From positions 1 to 42,289 of the forward strand of contig CAZJVN010000002.1 in assembly GCA_964549775.1 (NCBI GenBank): DNA of 42,289 nucleotides. The letters run 5' to 3'. Each line of letters opens with the position of its first letter. Positions within the stretch are counted from its first letter, which is position 1. This stretch comes from an uncultured archaeon (GTDB lineage Archaea; Iainarchaeota; Iainarchaeia; Iainarchaeales; JAAZKV01). The notes under the pieces are model-generated. The model had not been told where the DNA came from and ran no database searches. It saw only the letters and a program-made list of their open reading frames with translations. Below are positions 15,574 to 24,439 of this stretch, one piece after another. The position numbers were made by a program, and so were the translations under genes.

Positions 15574-16836
15574 ATGATTGAAAAAAATTTAGAATTTATT
15601 ACTAACTGCCCCGCACTAAAAGGGATAGTAAAACAACGTTACTCTGATTTTGTTGTAGAAGAAGTTACTCGCGAAGGAACTTGTGAAGTAAAAAGATACA
15701 ATAAACCAATGAATGAAAGAAATTTTGAAAAAATGAGTGTTCCAGAAAATACTGAAAATAAAGAACACTTAATTTTAGAGATGGAAAAAATAAATACTGA
15801 CACTGCAACAGCAATAGCGCTCCTTGCAAGAGGAACAAACTCAAGCAAAAAAAGAGTAGGGTACGCTGGATTAAAAGACAAACGAGGAATCACTTGCCAA
15901 AAAATAAGTTTATATCAACCAAATATTCCAAGAGTAGAAAACTTTGGAGTAAAAGGAATAGAACTAAGAAACCCTCACTGGGGAGAAAGAATCGAACTAG
16001 GAGATTTACTTGGAAACCAATTTACAATAACAATTAGAGGAATTAATGAAAGTGAAGAAGAAATAGAAAAGATTGTCCAACAATTTGTGTCAGAGTGTGA
16101 GCTTGGCGTTCCAAACTATTATGGTAACCAACGTTTTGGAGGAAAAAGACAAGTAACTCATAGAGTAGGAAAACTTTTGCTTCAACAAAAATTTAAAGAA
16201 GCAGTTGAACTTTACTTAACAGAAACTTACGAGGAAGAAAAAGTTGATATGAAAAATGCAAGAATCAATTTAGCAAAGTCAAACGATTATGCAAAAGCAT
16301 TACGAGAATTTCCTTTTGAAGCAAGAACAGAAAGAGCAATACTAAACCATTTAGTGAAAAACCCAAACGATTATGCAAACTCTTTTTCAGTACTCCCAAA
16401 AAAAATGAGATATTTATTTACACACGCTTACCAAAGTTATTTGTTTAACAAAATGATAGGAGAGAGAATAAAAAGACTAGGAAAAAATGCACTCCTGCCC
16501 CAAGAGGGAGACATACTTGAAGAGGGAATTCCAACAGCTTTACTCCCAGGTTATGAAAGTAATTTTGCAAGTGGAATACAAGGAGAAATTGAGAAAAAAA
16601 TAATGGAAGAAGAACAAATGAACCCTGAACAATTCAAAGTAGAAGGAATAGCAGAAATATCAAGCCAAGGAGCACGAAAAATAATTTCACTAAAACCCCA
16701 AAATATGTATTTAGAGAAAACTGGAGAGGACGAATTTAATGTTGGAAAAAGATTTGCCACAATAAAATTTTATTTAACAAAAGGAAATTACGCAACAACA
16801 ATTTTACAAGAACTAATTAAAGAAGAAATATTCTAA
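15574..16836 (+). CDS. truD: tRNA pseudouridine synthase TruD/Pus7 family
   Basis: 420-aa ORF with YSDFVVEE, catalytic-Asp segment GYAGLKDKRGIT and NYYGNQRFG. An aaGGTGAaaaa SD is present. Confidence 0.9.
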   Translation: MIEKNLEFITNCPALKGIVKQRYSDFVVEEVTREGTCEVKRYNKPMNERNFEKMSVPENTENKEHLILEMEKINTDTATAIALLARGTNSSKKRVGYAGLKDKRGITCQKISLYQPNIPRVENFGVKGIELRNPHWGERIELGDLLGNQFTITIRGINESEEEIEKIVQQFVSECELGVPNYYGNQRFGGKRQVTHRVGKLLLQQKFKEAVELYLTETYEEEKVDMKNARINLAKSNDYAKALREFPFEARTERAILNHLVKNPNDYANSFSVLPKKMRYLFTHAYQSYLFNKMIGERIKRLGKNALLPQEGDILEEGIPTALLPGYESNFASGIQGEIEKKIMEEEQMNPEQFKVEGIAEISSQGARKIISLKPQNMYLEKTGEDEFNVGKRFATIKFYLTKGNYATTILQELIKEEIF

Positions 16837-16891
16837 TTTTGGAAATAATCTAATTTTACAAATAGTCTAATTTTGTAAAAAAAGAATTTTT

Positions 16892-17902
16892 TTAAGCAAT
16901 GTAAAAATTCATAAATAATGTTGCCCAAATTACACAATTAATTAAAACAATTAGCCAAATTAATAAAACTATTTGCCACTCTTTTAGTGGACCAAATATT
17001 TTCATTATTAGTTTTGCAAAATCATACCTTGTTCTCTTATCAGGATAAATTGGAATTGAAAGCTTTCCATTTTTTAGTAAAGTATAGGGTCTGAATTTTC
17101 TTTGAGTGGCATCGTCTCTATTTGTTAACATCTTTAGTAAAAAGAAATCAATCATGTGCGGGATAAAAAGTAAAAATATGAAAACAACAATCAAAATATT
17201 TTGAGAATATAAGGCAAATCCTGCAATACTTGATCCGATTAATAAAGTTCCAGAATCCCCTGGGAATGCTCGTGCAGGAAACCTGTTAAAAACAAGTAAA
17301 CCTAAAATGATTGCGTTAAGTGAAAAAAACAAAAAACTTAACTCTTGAGAAATTTGAATTATTGTAAGAGTAATTATTGAAGTGATAATAAAACTTGTTC
17401 CAATAGTCCAACCGTTTAACCCTTCAAAAGTATTACTAAAACTAGCAACTCCTGCAAAAAATAATGCTAAAAGAATTACTAACAAAATTCCTGCAAAATC
17501 AAATAAACCTAGCGGAGTAAACAAAATGTATCCCACTAAAAGTGAAACAAACGCTATGGGCACAGCTCTTTGTTTCCAACTTAAAGGTTTTGAAAGGAAC
17601 TTGTTTTTTGAGTCATCAATAAAACCAATTAAAGCAAAAACACTAACTGCAAAAGCAACTATCACTAATTTGAATTCAAATCCAAAAAAGAAAAAAAATA
17701 ATGCAATAATTAACCAAAACGGAATTATTAATGCAATTCCAACACTCTCAGCAACTAATGGCTCCCCCAATTTGTTAATATCTTTTCCAACAATTTTTTT
17801 TGAAAAGTTTCGCTTAATTATTATAAAAACAAAAATAGTTGACAAAAGGAATAAAAAAACGGGTGTTAGTGTTAGTAAATCTATTTGTAAAAAATCAAAC
17901 AT
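16892..17902 (-). CDS. Glycosyltransferase family 4 (MraY/WecA/AglH-like sugar-phosphate:polyprenyl-phosphate transferase)
   Basis: Polytopic membrane ORF with GFIDDS, NTFEGLNGWTIG and FPARAFPGDSGTLLIGS. The track ORF starts with GTG at 17911. ATG 17902 sits behind aaGGTGAg and is the likelier start. Confidence 0.8.
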   Translation of the reverse strand: MFDFLQIDLLTLTPVFLFLLSTIFVFIIIKRNFSKKIVGKDINKLGEPLVAESVGIALIIPFWLIIALFFFFFGFEFKLVIVAFAVSVFALIGFIDDSKNKFLSKPLSWKQRAVPIAFVSLLVGYILFTPLGLFDFAGILLVILLALFFAGVASFSNTFEGLNGWTIGTSFIITSIITLTIIQISQELSFLFFSLNAIILGLLVFNRFPARAFPGDSGTLLIGSSIAGFALYSQNILIVVFIFLLFIPHMIDFFLLKMLTNRDDATQRKFRPYTLLKNGKLSIPIYPDKRTRYDFAKLIMKIFGPLKEWQIVLLIWLIVLINCVIWATLFMNFYIA

Positions 17903-18024
17903 TTTTAGCACTCACCTTTTATCTATTTGATAATTAATGAATAAAAAAAGAGTTTATAATCCTAATCAGTACAAAAATAAAATAAAATCATTGATCTAAT
18001 TTAAATTATTTCATTTAATTCAAA

Positions 18025-18993
18025 TTATTTTTTTATTTTAATTAAAGAAACAAATAAACTTACAATTGTTGGAATAATTAATCTAACAACTGCGAAGAGT
18101 ACGAGTATTGCTGCAATTTGTGGAACGCTTAAAGAAATTTTTGAGAATTCTGGTAATGCTAAAAAAATAAAACCTGCTGCTTCAACAAGCCCAATTCCTC
18201 TTGGGATTATTGGTGTTCTTTCAAGAACAGAAATTATTATGAACAAAAACATTAGTGGGAAAATTTCTATGAAAACATTTAATGCGAAAAAACAAAAAAG
18301 TAGTGCAACAAATTCTAGTAACAAAGATATTCCTGATAACATTAGAACTATTAAGAAGTTTCTTCTTGGAACAACTTGCAAATAATGAGAGTACTCATAA
18401 AAGTATTTTTTTAGTATTAAAAATGGGTGAAATATTTTTCCAAGTTCTCCAAAGATTCCTGAAATAAGTAACCCTATTTTTTTATTTAAGGGTAATAAAA
18501 ATAATGCTGCGGCTAGAATTATTACTGAAAAACCAGAGAGTAAACCAAATAAAACTACTAAGGATAATTGTGTTTCCCATAAAACTATCCAAATAACTAT
18601 GCTTGAGAGGAGGGCTAGCATGAAGAATTTTAGTCCTTTAACAACCATTGCTGCAGAAATTGATTGAGAGTAAGACACTCCAAAATATTCTTTAGCCTTA
18701 ATTGATCTTAGAGCTTCTGAACCAACTTGTACAGGAGTTAATGCTCCATACACGCAAGAGAAACCTAACAGAATGGACTTGGATAAAGACACTTTCTTAT
18801 TGTTTTTGAGTAGTAAAGCCCATGGAATAATCCAAAAAACAATAGATGTTAAGAAAAAAAGCACTGCTAACGCAAAGAAATACGGGTTCGCTTGCATTAT
18901 GACAGGTAAAGCTCCTGAAAGGCTAGTCACAATACTAAACCCTACAAAAACTAGTATTAAAAGAATAAGACTGTACTTCAAATATTTTTCCAT
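18025..18993 (-). CDS. Polytopic membrane protein, flippase-like / LPG-synthase-TM (UPF0104)-like
   Basis: 322-aa ORF with about 8 hydrophobic helices and short basic loops. The architecture matches proteins that often neighbour archaeal glycosyltransferases. The family call rests on overall pattern only. Confidence 0.45.
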   Translation of the reverse strand: MEKYLKYSLILLILVFVGFSIVTSLSGALPVIMQANPYFFALAVLFFLTSIVFWIIPWALLLKNNKKVSLSKSILLGFSCVYGALTPVQVGSEALRSIKAKEYFGVSYSQSISAAMVVKGLKFFMLALLSSIVIWIVLWETQLSLVVLFGLLSGFSVIILAAALFLLPLNKKIGLLISGIFGELGKIFHPFLILKKYFYEYSHYLQVVPRRNFLIVLMLSGISLLLEFVALLFCFFALNVFIEIFPLMFLFIIISVLERTPIIPRGIGLVEAAGFIFLALPEFSKISLSVPQIAAILVLFAVVRLIIPTIVSLFVSLIKIKK

Positions 18994-19018
18994 AAAATAA
19001 ACCTTTTAGTTTAGAAAA

Positions 19019-19720
19019 CTATTGAATTCCATAAACAGCTTCGTTAAATTGTTTAACTAACTCTTCTGCGTTTGGAAAAATTTGTTTAATCACAGAAAAA
19101 TTAGTTACATTAATAGAATCAAGAGGAGAATAAACCGTTAATTTGTTTTTTGATAAAAGGGCAGTTTTTTCATTTCCCTTCTCCATTAAGATAACAAATT
19201 TGTTTGAATCATTAATTATAGCATTACATTCTTGCACAGGAATTTGTTTACTTATGTAAACATTACCATCATTAGTATAACAGTAAAGAACTGTTCCGTT
19301 CTCACTAGTAGTTCTAATTAGTTGGATTACAGTTATTCCATTTCCTATTAGAGAAATTTGCCATAAATTTAAAGCGTTAAACACTACTGGATCTGCTCCA
19401 TTTTCTTTCATTACAGGAGAAACATAAATCGTTTGATTAATTTTTAGTTCATTAAAAAATTCTGTAGGAGTATACTCGTTAGAAACATATTTTACATTAT
19501 CTATAACAAAAGAGTACTTGTATTGGTTCAAAAAGAAAAAAACAATTACTATCAAAAGAATTACAATTAAAGATGCAATAATTAATTTTGTTTTGTTAGA
19601 ATTTTTTGGTTCATTAGTAACATGTTTTTTGTGTTCTGTTTTTTCTTCTTTAATTTTAAGAACTTCTTTTTGAGTAGTTTCTTTTTGAATTGTTTTTGTT
19701 TTCTTTTTACTTTCACTCAT
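19019..19720 (-). CDS. Hypothetical single-pass membrane protein
   Basis: 233-aa ORF with a Lys-rich N-terminus, one TM helix (LIIASLIVILLIVIVFFFL) and a ~150-aa extracytoplasmic domain. No family recognised. Confidence 0.55.
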   Translation of the reverse strand: MSESKKKTKTIQKETTQKEVLKIKEEKTEHKKHVTNEPKNSNKTKLIIASLIVILLIVIVFFFLNQYKYSFVIDNVKYVSNEYTPTEFFNELKINQTIYVSPVMKENGADPVVFNALNLWQISLIGNGITVIQLIRTTSENGTVLYCYTNDGNVYISKQIPVQECNAIINDSNKFVILMEKGNEKTALLSKNKLTVYSPLDSINVTNFSVIKQIFPNAEELVKQFNEAVYGIQ

Positions 19721-19809
19721 AAGTAAAATTTAAAACAATAAGAATAAAAACCAAACTAAAAGCTTTGGTTCTTTGAAACAAAATTTATTAGATTTGTTTT
19801 TTGAATAAA

Positions 19810-20256
19810 TTATTTTTTTAGTTCTTTTTCAACTTTTTCTATAAAATCTTCAACTTCATTATATATTTCGCCAATAGATTCTTTGTCAAGTTCAGGTCTT
19901 TCTATTGAATATTGAATATCATTTCTTTTTTCTCTCAAAGAATCAAGCACTATTGCATGTTTTAATGTTATTAGTTCGTTTGAAGAATATTTTTCTTCAA
20001 TATATTTACTAACACAATAATGACTGTGTTCTTTTACCCCATCTCTAAAAAGAAGGGCTCTTGCTGCGTGAAAGCAAGAATTGTATAAAGCTATTAGCGA
20101 CATGTCAAGCATTTCTGTTTGAATCAAATCAAAAGATTCTTCAAAAAAGTGTTTTGCAATACTTAAACTTCTTTCTGCAAAGACTTTGTTTTTTGGAACA
20201 TTTTTTAGTAAACCTTCTTTGAAACAATCATCCACACTACTCAATAATCTCACCAA
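19810..20256 (-). CDS. HEPN-domain protein (partner of the upstream nucleotidyltransferase)
   Basis: All-helical ORF with FHAARALLFRDG and a C-terminal LREKRNDIQYS, an R-N-x3-Y variant of the HEPN Rx4-6H motif. It overlaps the 3' end of the MNT gene. Alternative TTG starts lie at 20256 and 20244, with GGTGAG between them. Confidence 0.72.
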   Translation of the reverse strand: MVRLLSSVDDCFKEGLLKNVPKNKVFAERSLSIAKHFFEESFDLIQTEMLDMSLIALYNSCFHAARALLFRDGVKEHSHYCVSKYIEEKYSSNELITLKHAIVLDSLREKRNDIQYSIERPELDKESIGEIYNEVEDFIEKVEKELKK

Positions 20257-20788
20257 AAATCAATTTAGATTTTTGGTTTAACTCACTATAAAAAACTTTA
20301 TCAGTTTTCTGCAATTGACGAAACTCATTTGTTGTATAAAATTTGATGTTAACTTCTTTGTTAAGTTCTTTTGAAAAACAGTGTTTTATATTTGAGGATT
20401 CAAGTAGTGAAAACTTTTTTTCAGAAATAATGCATAAATCAATATCACTCATTTTGTCAACTAACCCACTTGCTCCGCTACCAAATAACAGAAAAGCTTT
20501 TGTTGTTTTTTTTATTCCATTAAAACAACTAGCATTAATTATTTTGTTTATTATTGCTAGAGAGATTAGTTCTCTAACCAAAGCATTCTCTCTATTTAGA
20601 GAAACTATCTTTTGGTTCTTTCTAAAAACACTCTTAGCCAAATCGTTTTTTATCAAAAAACTGAAAAACAAACTAATTTTTGCAGGAGAGAGGTTTCTTT
20701 TTTCTGCAAGTTCTCTCACCCCAAAATCATTCCATAATAGTTCCCAGAATAATGATTCGTTTAATTTTGAAAAAATTGTGCCAATCAT
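20237..20788 (-). CDS. Minimal nucleotidyltransferase (MNT) with N-terminal wHTH-like segment
   Basis: 183-aa ORF. VRELAEKRNLSPAKISLFFSFLIKNDL is followed by FLLFGSGASGLVDKMSDIDLCII, a GSx(n)DxD nucleotidyltransferase motif. Confidence 0.78.
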   Translation of the reverse strand: MIGTIFSKLNESLFWELLWNDFGVRELAEKRNLSPAKISLFFSFLIKNDLAKSVFRKNQKIVSLNRENALVRELISLAIINKIINASCFNGIKKTTKAFLLFGSGASGLVDKMSDIDLCIISEKKFSLLESSNIKHCFSKELNKEVNIKFYTTNEFRQLQKTDKVFYSELNQKSKLIFGEIIE

Positions 20789-20800
20789 ACAAAAATAAAG

Positions 20801-20842
20801 TGTTTACACAATATAAACATTTTGTTTATTAAAAATAAACAA
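20801..20842 (-). promoter_or_regulatory. Four TGTTTA/TAAACA half-sites (two inverted repeats) upstream of the MNT-HEPN operon
   Basis: TGTTTA(20801)-7nt-TAAACA(20814) and TTGTTTATT-aaa-AATAAACAA (20822-20842, 9-bp arms) lie 13-54 nt upstream of the MNT start codon. Confidence 0.3.
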
Positions 20843-20884
20843 CATTTTTGTTTTATTTTTTAATTAAAAAAAATTTTGATTTTT

Positions 20885-20927
20885 TAAAAAAATAGAGAAA
20901 AAAGAAAAGACCCCCTTTTGGGGGGCC
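20885..20927 (-). terminator. GC hairpin plus T tract downstream of the S-layer gene
   Basis: The minus strand reads GGCCCCCC-AAAA-GGGGGTC followed by ttttcttttttctctattttttt. This is the only G/C-pure stem in the neighbourhood. Confidence 0.6.
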
Positions 20928-20953
20928 ACTTTCTTTTTCTTAAACTAATTTAT

Positions 20954-23515
20954 TTACATTAAGTCTTCTAATGCACTTATTAAAGCTGAAGCAGCCATAC
21001 CAGTGTCACTAGCGTTCTTTCCAGCAACAACGATATCTCCACTAGCTAATACTGAAGCAACATAGTCTCCATCACTTATTAGTAATGATTCTAATGTTTT
21101 TCCTTCAGAAACTTCTAGTTGAGCAGCAGCAGCGTTAGCAAACCAACCACCAACGATGATTGATTTTCCTGAACCTTTAGCTGTCTTAACTAAGTTACTT
21201 ACAGGAACTACTTCAACAGCAGCTTCTGAACCAGCTCCGCAGTTAACTGCGTCGATAGTTACATTTCCTTTAACTTCTTTAGCAGCAACACCAGTGTATG
21301 ATGCTCCACCTGTTGTTGAACTTGTTGTTTCAACACTACCTAAGTATGCTTCCATTTCCATCAATTCTTCAGGAACTGATACAACGAAAGTATCTCCGTC
21401 AGTAGTTAATACTGAACCGTCTTCCATTTGTAATGAAGTTAAGTCGTCTTTATCTTCACTTAATTCCATTGCACCGTAGATTGCATCCCATTCATACTCA
21501 GCATCAGCGTATACTGCATCGTTATCGTCTTCTAATGCAGCTGAATCAAGTACTTTTGCAGATTCTCCAGTAGCCATAGCCATTCTTGCATCATTACCAG
21601 CTAAATTTGTATAATTAAATTCAGCAACATAATGATTGTCGTCATCGAATGCATGTGCAACATCAGGAACAACACCCACATCGATCGAATCAAATATGAA
21701 AGTTGCACCAAATACTTCTTCCATATCGTCTGTGTTTGGAACATAGAATAATGCATCTTGGTCTAATTCATCAACCATTGCAGTGAATTCTATCCATGCA
21801 TCGTCAGCACCATCAGTATACACTTCAAATGCTTGATTTGTTGCAAGGAATAATCCACCTTGTTCTTCAACAGCATCGTAGTAGAAGTAATAATTTACAA
21901 GTTTTGTTGTACCAGTATTATCTTCAACTCCAAGATCTAAATCAACTGTACCTGCAAATGCATTCCAATCTAATACAGAATAGTCTAAGTCAGTTTCTGC
22001 TGCAGCGTCTGTTAAATCTCCTTCTTCATAGTATACATTATTACCAACAACCCATAGAGTGTATTCTTTACCTGCTATGTCGATTGTTATTGGATCATCG
22101 TTACTTATTTCGAATGCTTGGTAGTATGGTATTTCAACGTCATTTCCTTCAATATCTGTGAATTCTAATGCGTCTTCACCAACTATTACATCATTCTTTG
22201 CAACAGATGTGTCCCATCCTCTAAATTCGAATTTTGCAAAGTCTTCAGGGAATACAATTTCCTCTCCAACTTTTAAAACATATTTTGATGTTTCAGTTTC
22301 TGAACCAGAGTCTTTTTCGTATGACCATTGATTAGTTACTGTAATTGAATTAATTCCAGTACCATCAGCGTCAATTAAAACTTTCCATTGAGCTTCATCA
22401 TCAATGTCTTTATCGTCTGCAAATGGAAATCCTTTACCATTAACAAGTTCTAATCTTTCTGTTCCAGTTCTTATTGTAGCAACATAAGTTCCTGCAGATG
22501 AATTCTTTCCTGCGTTAGTTACGTTAATACTATCTACAAAATAGTCATCATCAAATGAATCTTTCAAGTCATAATCTGGAGCTTCAGTGAAATAATCTTG
22601 GATTTCTCCATCAACTAATACAGCCCACTTAGCTTCATATGCTGAAGCATCAACTTCAGATTCAAACAAGTCAACTAATTGTACTTCAACTTTACTTCCT
22701 TCATATTCTTTAGTTGGAGTAACTTCAATTATTGTTCCAACTTCAATTGTTTGTGGTAAAGTATCAGCGTACATTATAATTTCTGAACCGTTTGCATTTA
22801 TTTCATCAACAACGTATTCTTTTCCTAAGAAAGGAATAACAATATCCCAATCTCTGTCTGCATCCAAATCTTTTTCATCTAATGGGATTTGAACATCAAA
22901 TTCAACAGTGTATTTCAAAGCTTCTTCTGGAACTGAAGCAACTAATTCTTCATAAGCATATGCTTTTGAGCCAGAATCTGCTTGAACATATACATCAACA
23001 TCATCTGCTGTTAATGTTTCTTCAATACTAACTTGTTTTTCAACACGATTAATTTCCCATTCAGCGTCAACATTTTTTATTAATGAAGACATATCTTTGT
23101 GATCTACATCAATATTGTCAAATTCATCGTTAGCCGAAGCTTCAAAAAGATCTAAGGCAATAGCTGAATCAGAAGTTACTTCTTCAAGTACTCCAGACCC
23201 TTTAATAGTTGTTCTTCCACCTATTGTGAAGTCTACTGTTCCTGCACTAGCTGAGCATGTTACTGGTTTAGTAGCTAATTGTGCTACTCTTGCAGCAATG
23301 TTTCCTGCCCATACTACATCAGATACAGCAGCGTTTGCTCCAACTACTACGTCCACCGCTGGTGCACCAGTAGCTGTTATTACTGTGTCTCTTCCTAATT
23401 CGTCTAATCCTGTAGGTACTACGTTAGCAGCCGATACAACTGGTGCTAATGCTGAACCAACAAGAGCTGCCCCTAATCCTAAGGCAACTATTCTTTTTAC
23501 GTTCAATCCTTTCAT
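20954..23515 (-). CDS. S-layer protein (Methanococcales/Thermococcales-type S_layer_N / S_layer_C ends)
   Basis: 853-aa ORF with signal peptide MKGLNVKRIVALGLGAALVGSALAPVVSA. An N-terminal S-layer pattern GAPAVDVVVGANAAVSDVVWAGNIAARVAQL is present. The C-terminal pattern is SIIVGGWFANAAAAQL...GDIVVAGKNASDTGMAASALISAL. The protein is strongly acidic. A GAGGTGAaaaac SD is present, and the gene is visibly less AT-rich than its neighbours. Confidence 0.85.
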   Translation of the reverse strand: MKGLNVKRIVALGLGAALVGSALAPVVSAANVVPTGLDELGRDTVITATGAPAVDVVVGANAAVSDVVWAGNIAARVAQLATKPVTCSASAGTVDFTIGGRTTIKGSGVLEEVTSDSAIALDLFEASANDEFDNIDVDHKDMSSLIKNVDAEWEINRVEKQVSIEETLTADDVDVYVQADSGSKAYAYEELVASVPEEALKYTVEFDVQIPLDEKDLDADRDWDIVIPFLGKEYVVDEINANGSEIIMYADTLPQTIEVGTIIEVTPTKEYEGSKVEVQLVDLFESEVDASAYEAKWAVLVDGEIQDYFTEAPDYDLKDSFDDDYFVDSINVTNAGKNSSAGTYVATIRTGTERLELVNGKGFPFADDKDIDDEAQWKVLIDADGTGINSITVTNQWSYEKDSGSETETSKYVLKVGEEIVFPEDFAKFEFRGWDTSVAKNDVIVGEDALEFTDIEGNDVEIPYYQAFEISNDDPITIDIAGKEYTLWVVGNNVYYEEGDLTDAAAETDLDYSVLDWNAFAGTVDLDLGVEDNTGTTKLVNYYFYYDAVEEQGGLFLATNQAFEVYTDGADDAWIEFTAMVDELDQDALFYVPNTDDMEEVFGATFIFDSIDVGVVPDVAHAFDDDNHYVAEFNYTNLAGNDARMAMATGESAKVLDSAALEDDNDAVYADAEYEWDAIYGAMELSEDKDDLTSLQMEDGSVLTTDGDTFVVSVPEELMEMEAYLGSVETTSSTTGGASYTGVAAKEVKGNVTIDAVNCGAGSEAAVEVVPVSNLVKTAKGSGKSIIVGGWFANAAAAQLEVSEGKTLESLLISDGDYVASVLASGDIVVAGKNASDTGMAASALISALEDLM

Positions 23516-23614
23516 TTGTTTTTCACCTCAAATTTACAAAAAACAACCCATTCTTATCGCACTTATGTAATACATAAATACGGCAAGGCAGGTTGAAACA
23601 ATATTCGTCAAGTG

Positions 23615-23625
23615 CCTTTAAATAC
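23615..23625 (-). promoter_or_regulatory. Candidate TATA box of the S-layer gene
   Basis: The plus strand reads CCTTTAAATAC; the minus strand reads GTATTTAAAGG. It lies about 100 nt upstream of ATG 23515, implying a structured leader. The same 11-mer occurs upstream of aRF1. Confidence 0.35.
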
Positions 23626-23813
23626 CTTACTATTAGGGCCAAGAAAAACCCAAATTAGGCTTAAACCCAAGGGAAAAATCACGTTTTAAGGGGAAAAGGA
23701 GTACGTCAATTGTCATTTGGACTTTTTTTTAACAAAAACAAACAAAGCCAAGGTTTTAATAAAAATTAGACAAAAAAACTAAAATAAATTATAAAATTTT
23801 TAAAAAAAAGAAA

Positions 23814-24167
23814 TTAATTTTTTTTGTAACCGTATTTTTTGTTATACTCTTCATGATCTGTGATTGTTAAAACAAATGCGATTATTTCTATTTCGGAATT
23901 ATTGTTTTTTAGAGTGTAATCCATTCTCCAAAATGAAGCTAGTTCTACATGGAACAAATTATTTATTCCATATTTTTGAATATATTCTTTAGGGATAAGG
24001 TTTTTCCCTACAGGCTCTCCATACATTGGGTTAGTTTTTATAAACTCTATTTTTGTTTTTATTGATTTTAAAATACTTAAATCAGTTTTCGAAGTGAGGG
24101 ATTTCTTATTTAGTTCGTCAAATGCACTTTTAGCTTCTTTTGAAAGAATTACTAAAACTTTTTTCAT
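23814..24167 (-). CDS. RelE/ParE-superfamily toxin-like protein
   Basis: 117-aa ORF. The C-terminal pattern LFHVELASFWRMDYTLKNNNSEIEIIAFVLTITDHEEY resembles the RelE/ParE core (xxxWRxxYxxxxxx-I-I-xV-x-I-xH-xxY). Its start overlaps the upstream small ORF by 4 nt (ATGA). Confidence 0.62.
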   Translation of the reverse strand: MKKVLVILSKEAKSAFDELNKKSLTSKTDLSILKSIKTKIEFIKTNPMYGEPVGKNLIPKEYIQKYGINNLFHVELASFWRMDYTLKNNNSEIEIIAFVLTITDHEEYNKKYGYKKN

Positions 24168-24439
24168 ACCACAAACCCTTCATTTATCGCTTTTTTTAGT
24201 TTAGAGTTGCTGTTAAAGATCCAAGTTATTCCTTTAACTGAAAAAACAATCTTGTTACTATCCTCCAAGTACCCTAAAATTATTTTTAGAGTATCATGAT
24301 TTACCTGCCTTGGCAAATTTTGTTTCAGTTCAGTAATTGATTTAACAAATCCTTTATCTTCAAGAGTTTTTTCCACCATAAAAACTGTGTTTAAAGTAGG
24401 ATAATGAAGAACTCTTGATGCAACCATTGTTTCACTCAT
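24164..24439 (-). CDS. Putative cognate antitoxin / small DNA-binding protein
   Basis: 91-aa ORF translationally coupled to the RelE-like gene. It has a wHTH-like helical pattern (SITELKQNLPRQVNHDTLKIILGYLEDSNKIV). The call rests on position and size. Confidence 0.45.
   Translation of the reverse strand: MSETMVASRVLHYPTLNTVFMVEKTLEDKGFVKSITELKQNLPRQVNHDTLKIILGYLEDSNKIVFSVKGITWIFNSNSKLKKAINEGFVV

Noticed and set aside
17382-17930. 182-aa plus-strand ORF antisense to the GT4 transferase gene
   Set aside because: The product is a low-complexity Lys/Asn-rich peptide. The opposite strand encodes a polytopic protein with clear GT4 motifs.
21156-23570. Long plus-strand ORFs (21156-21479, 21796-22161, 23115-23570) inside the S-layer locus
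   Set aside because: They are antisense shadows of the compositionally biased S-layer gene. Their products are low-complexity, they have no SD motif, and they overlap a far better-supported 853-aa ORF with signal peptide and S-layer terminal domains.
23640-23813. Moderately GC-richer intergenic stretch upstream of the S-layer gene, considered as a structured ncRNA gene
   Set aside because: I could trace no convincing conserved-type fold such as SRP, RNase P or a riboswitch-like stem set. It is adequately explained as the upstream promoter region of a highly expressed gene.
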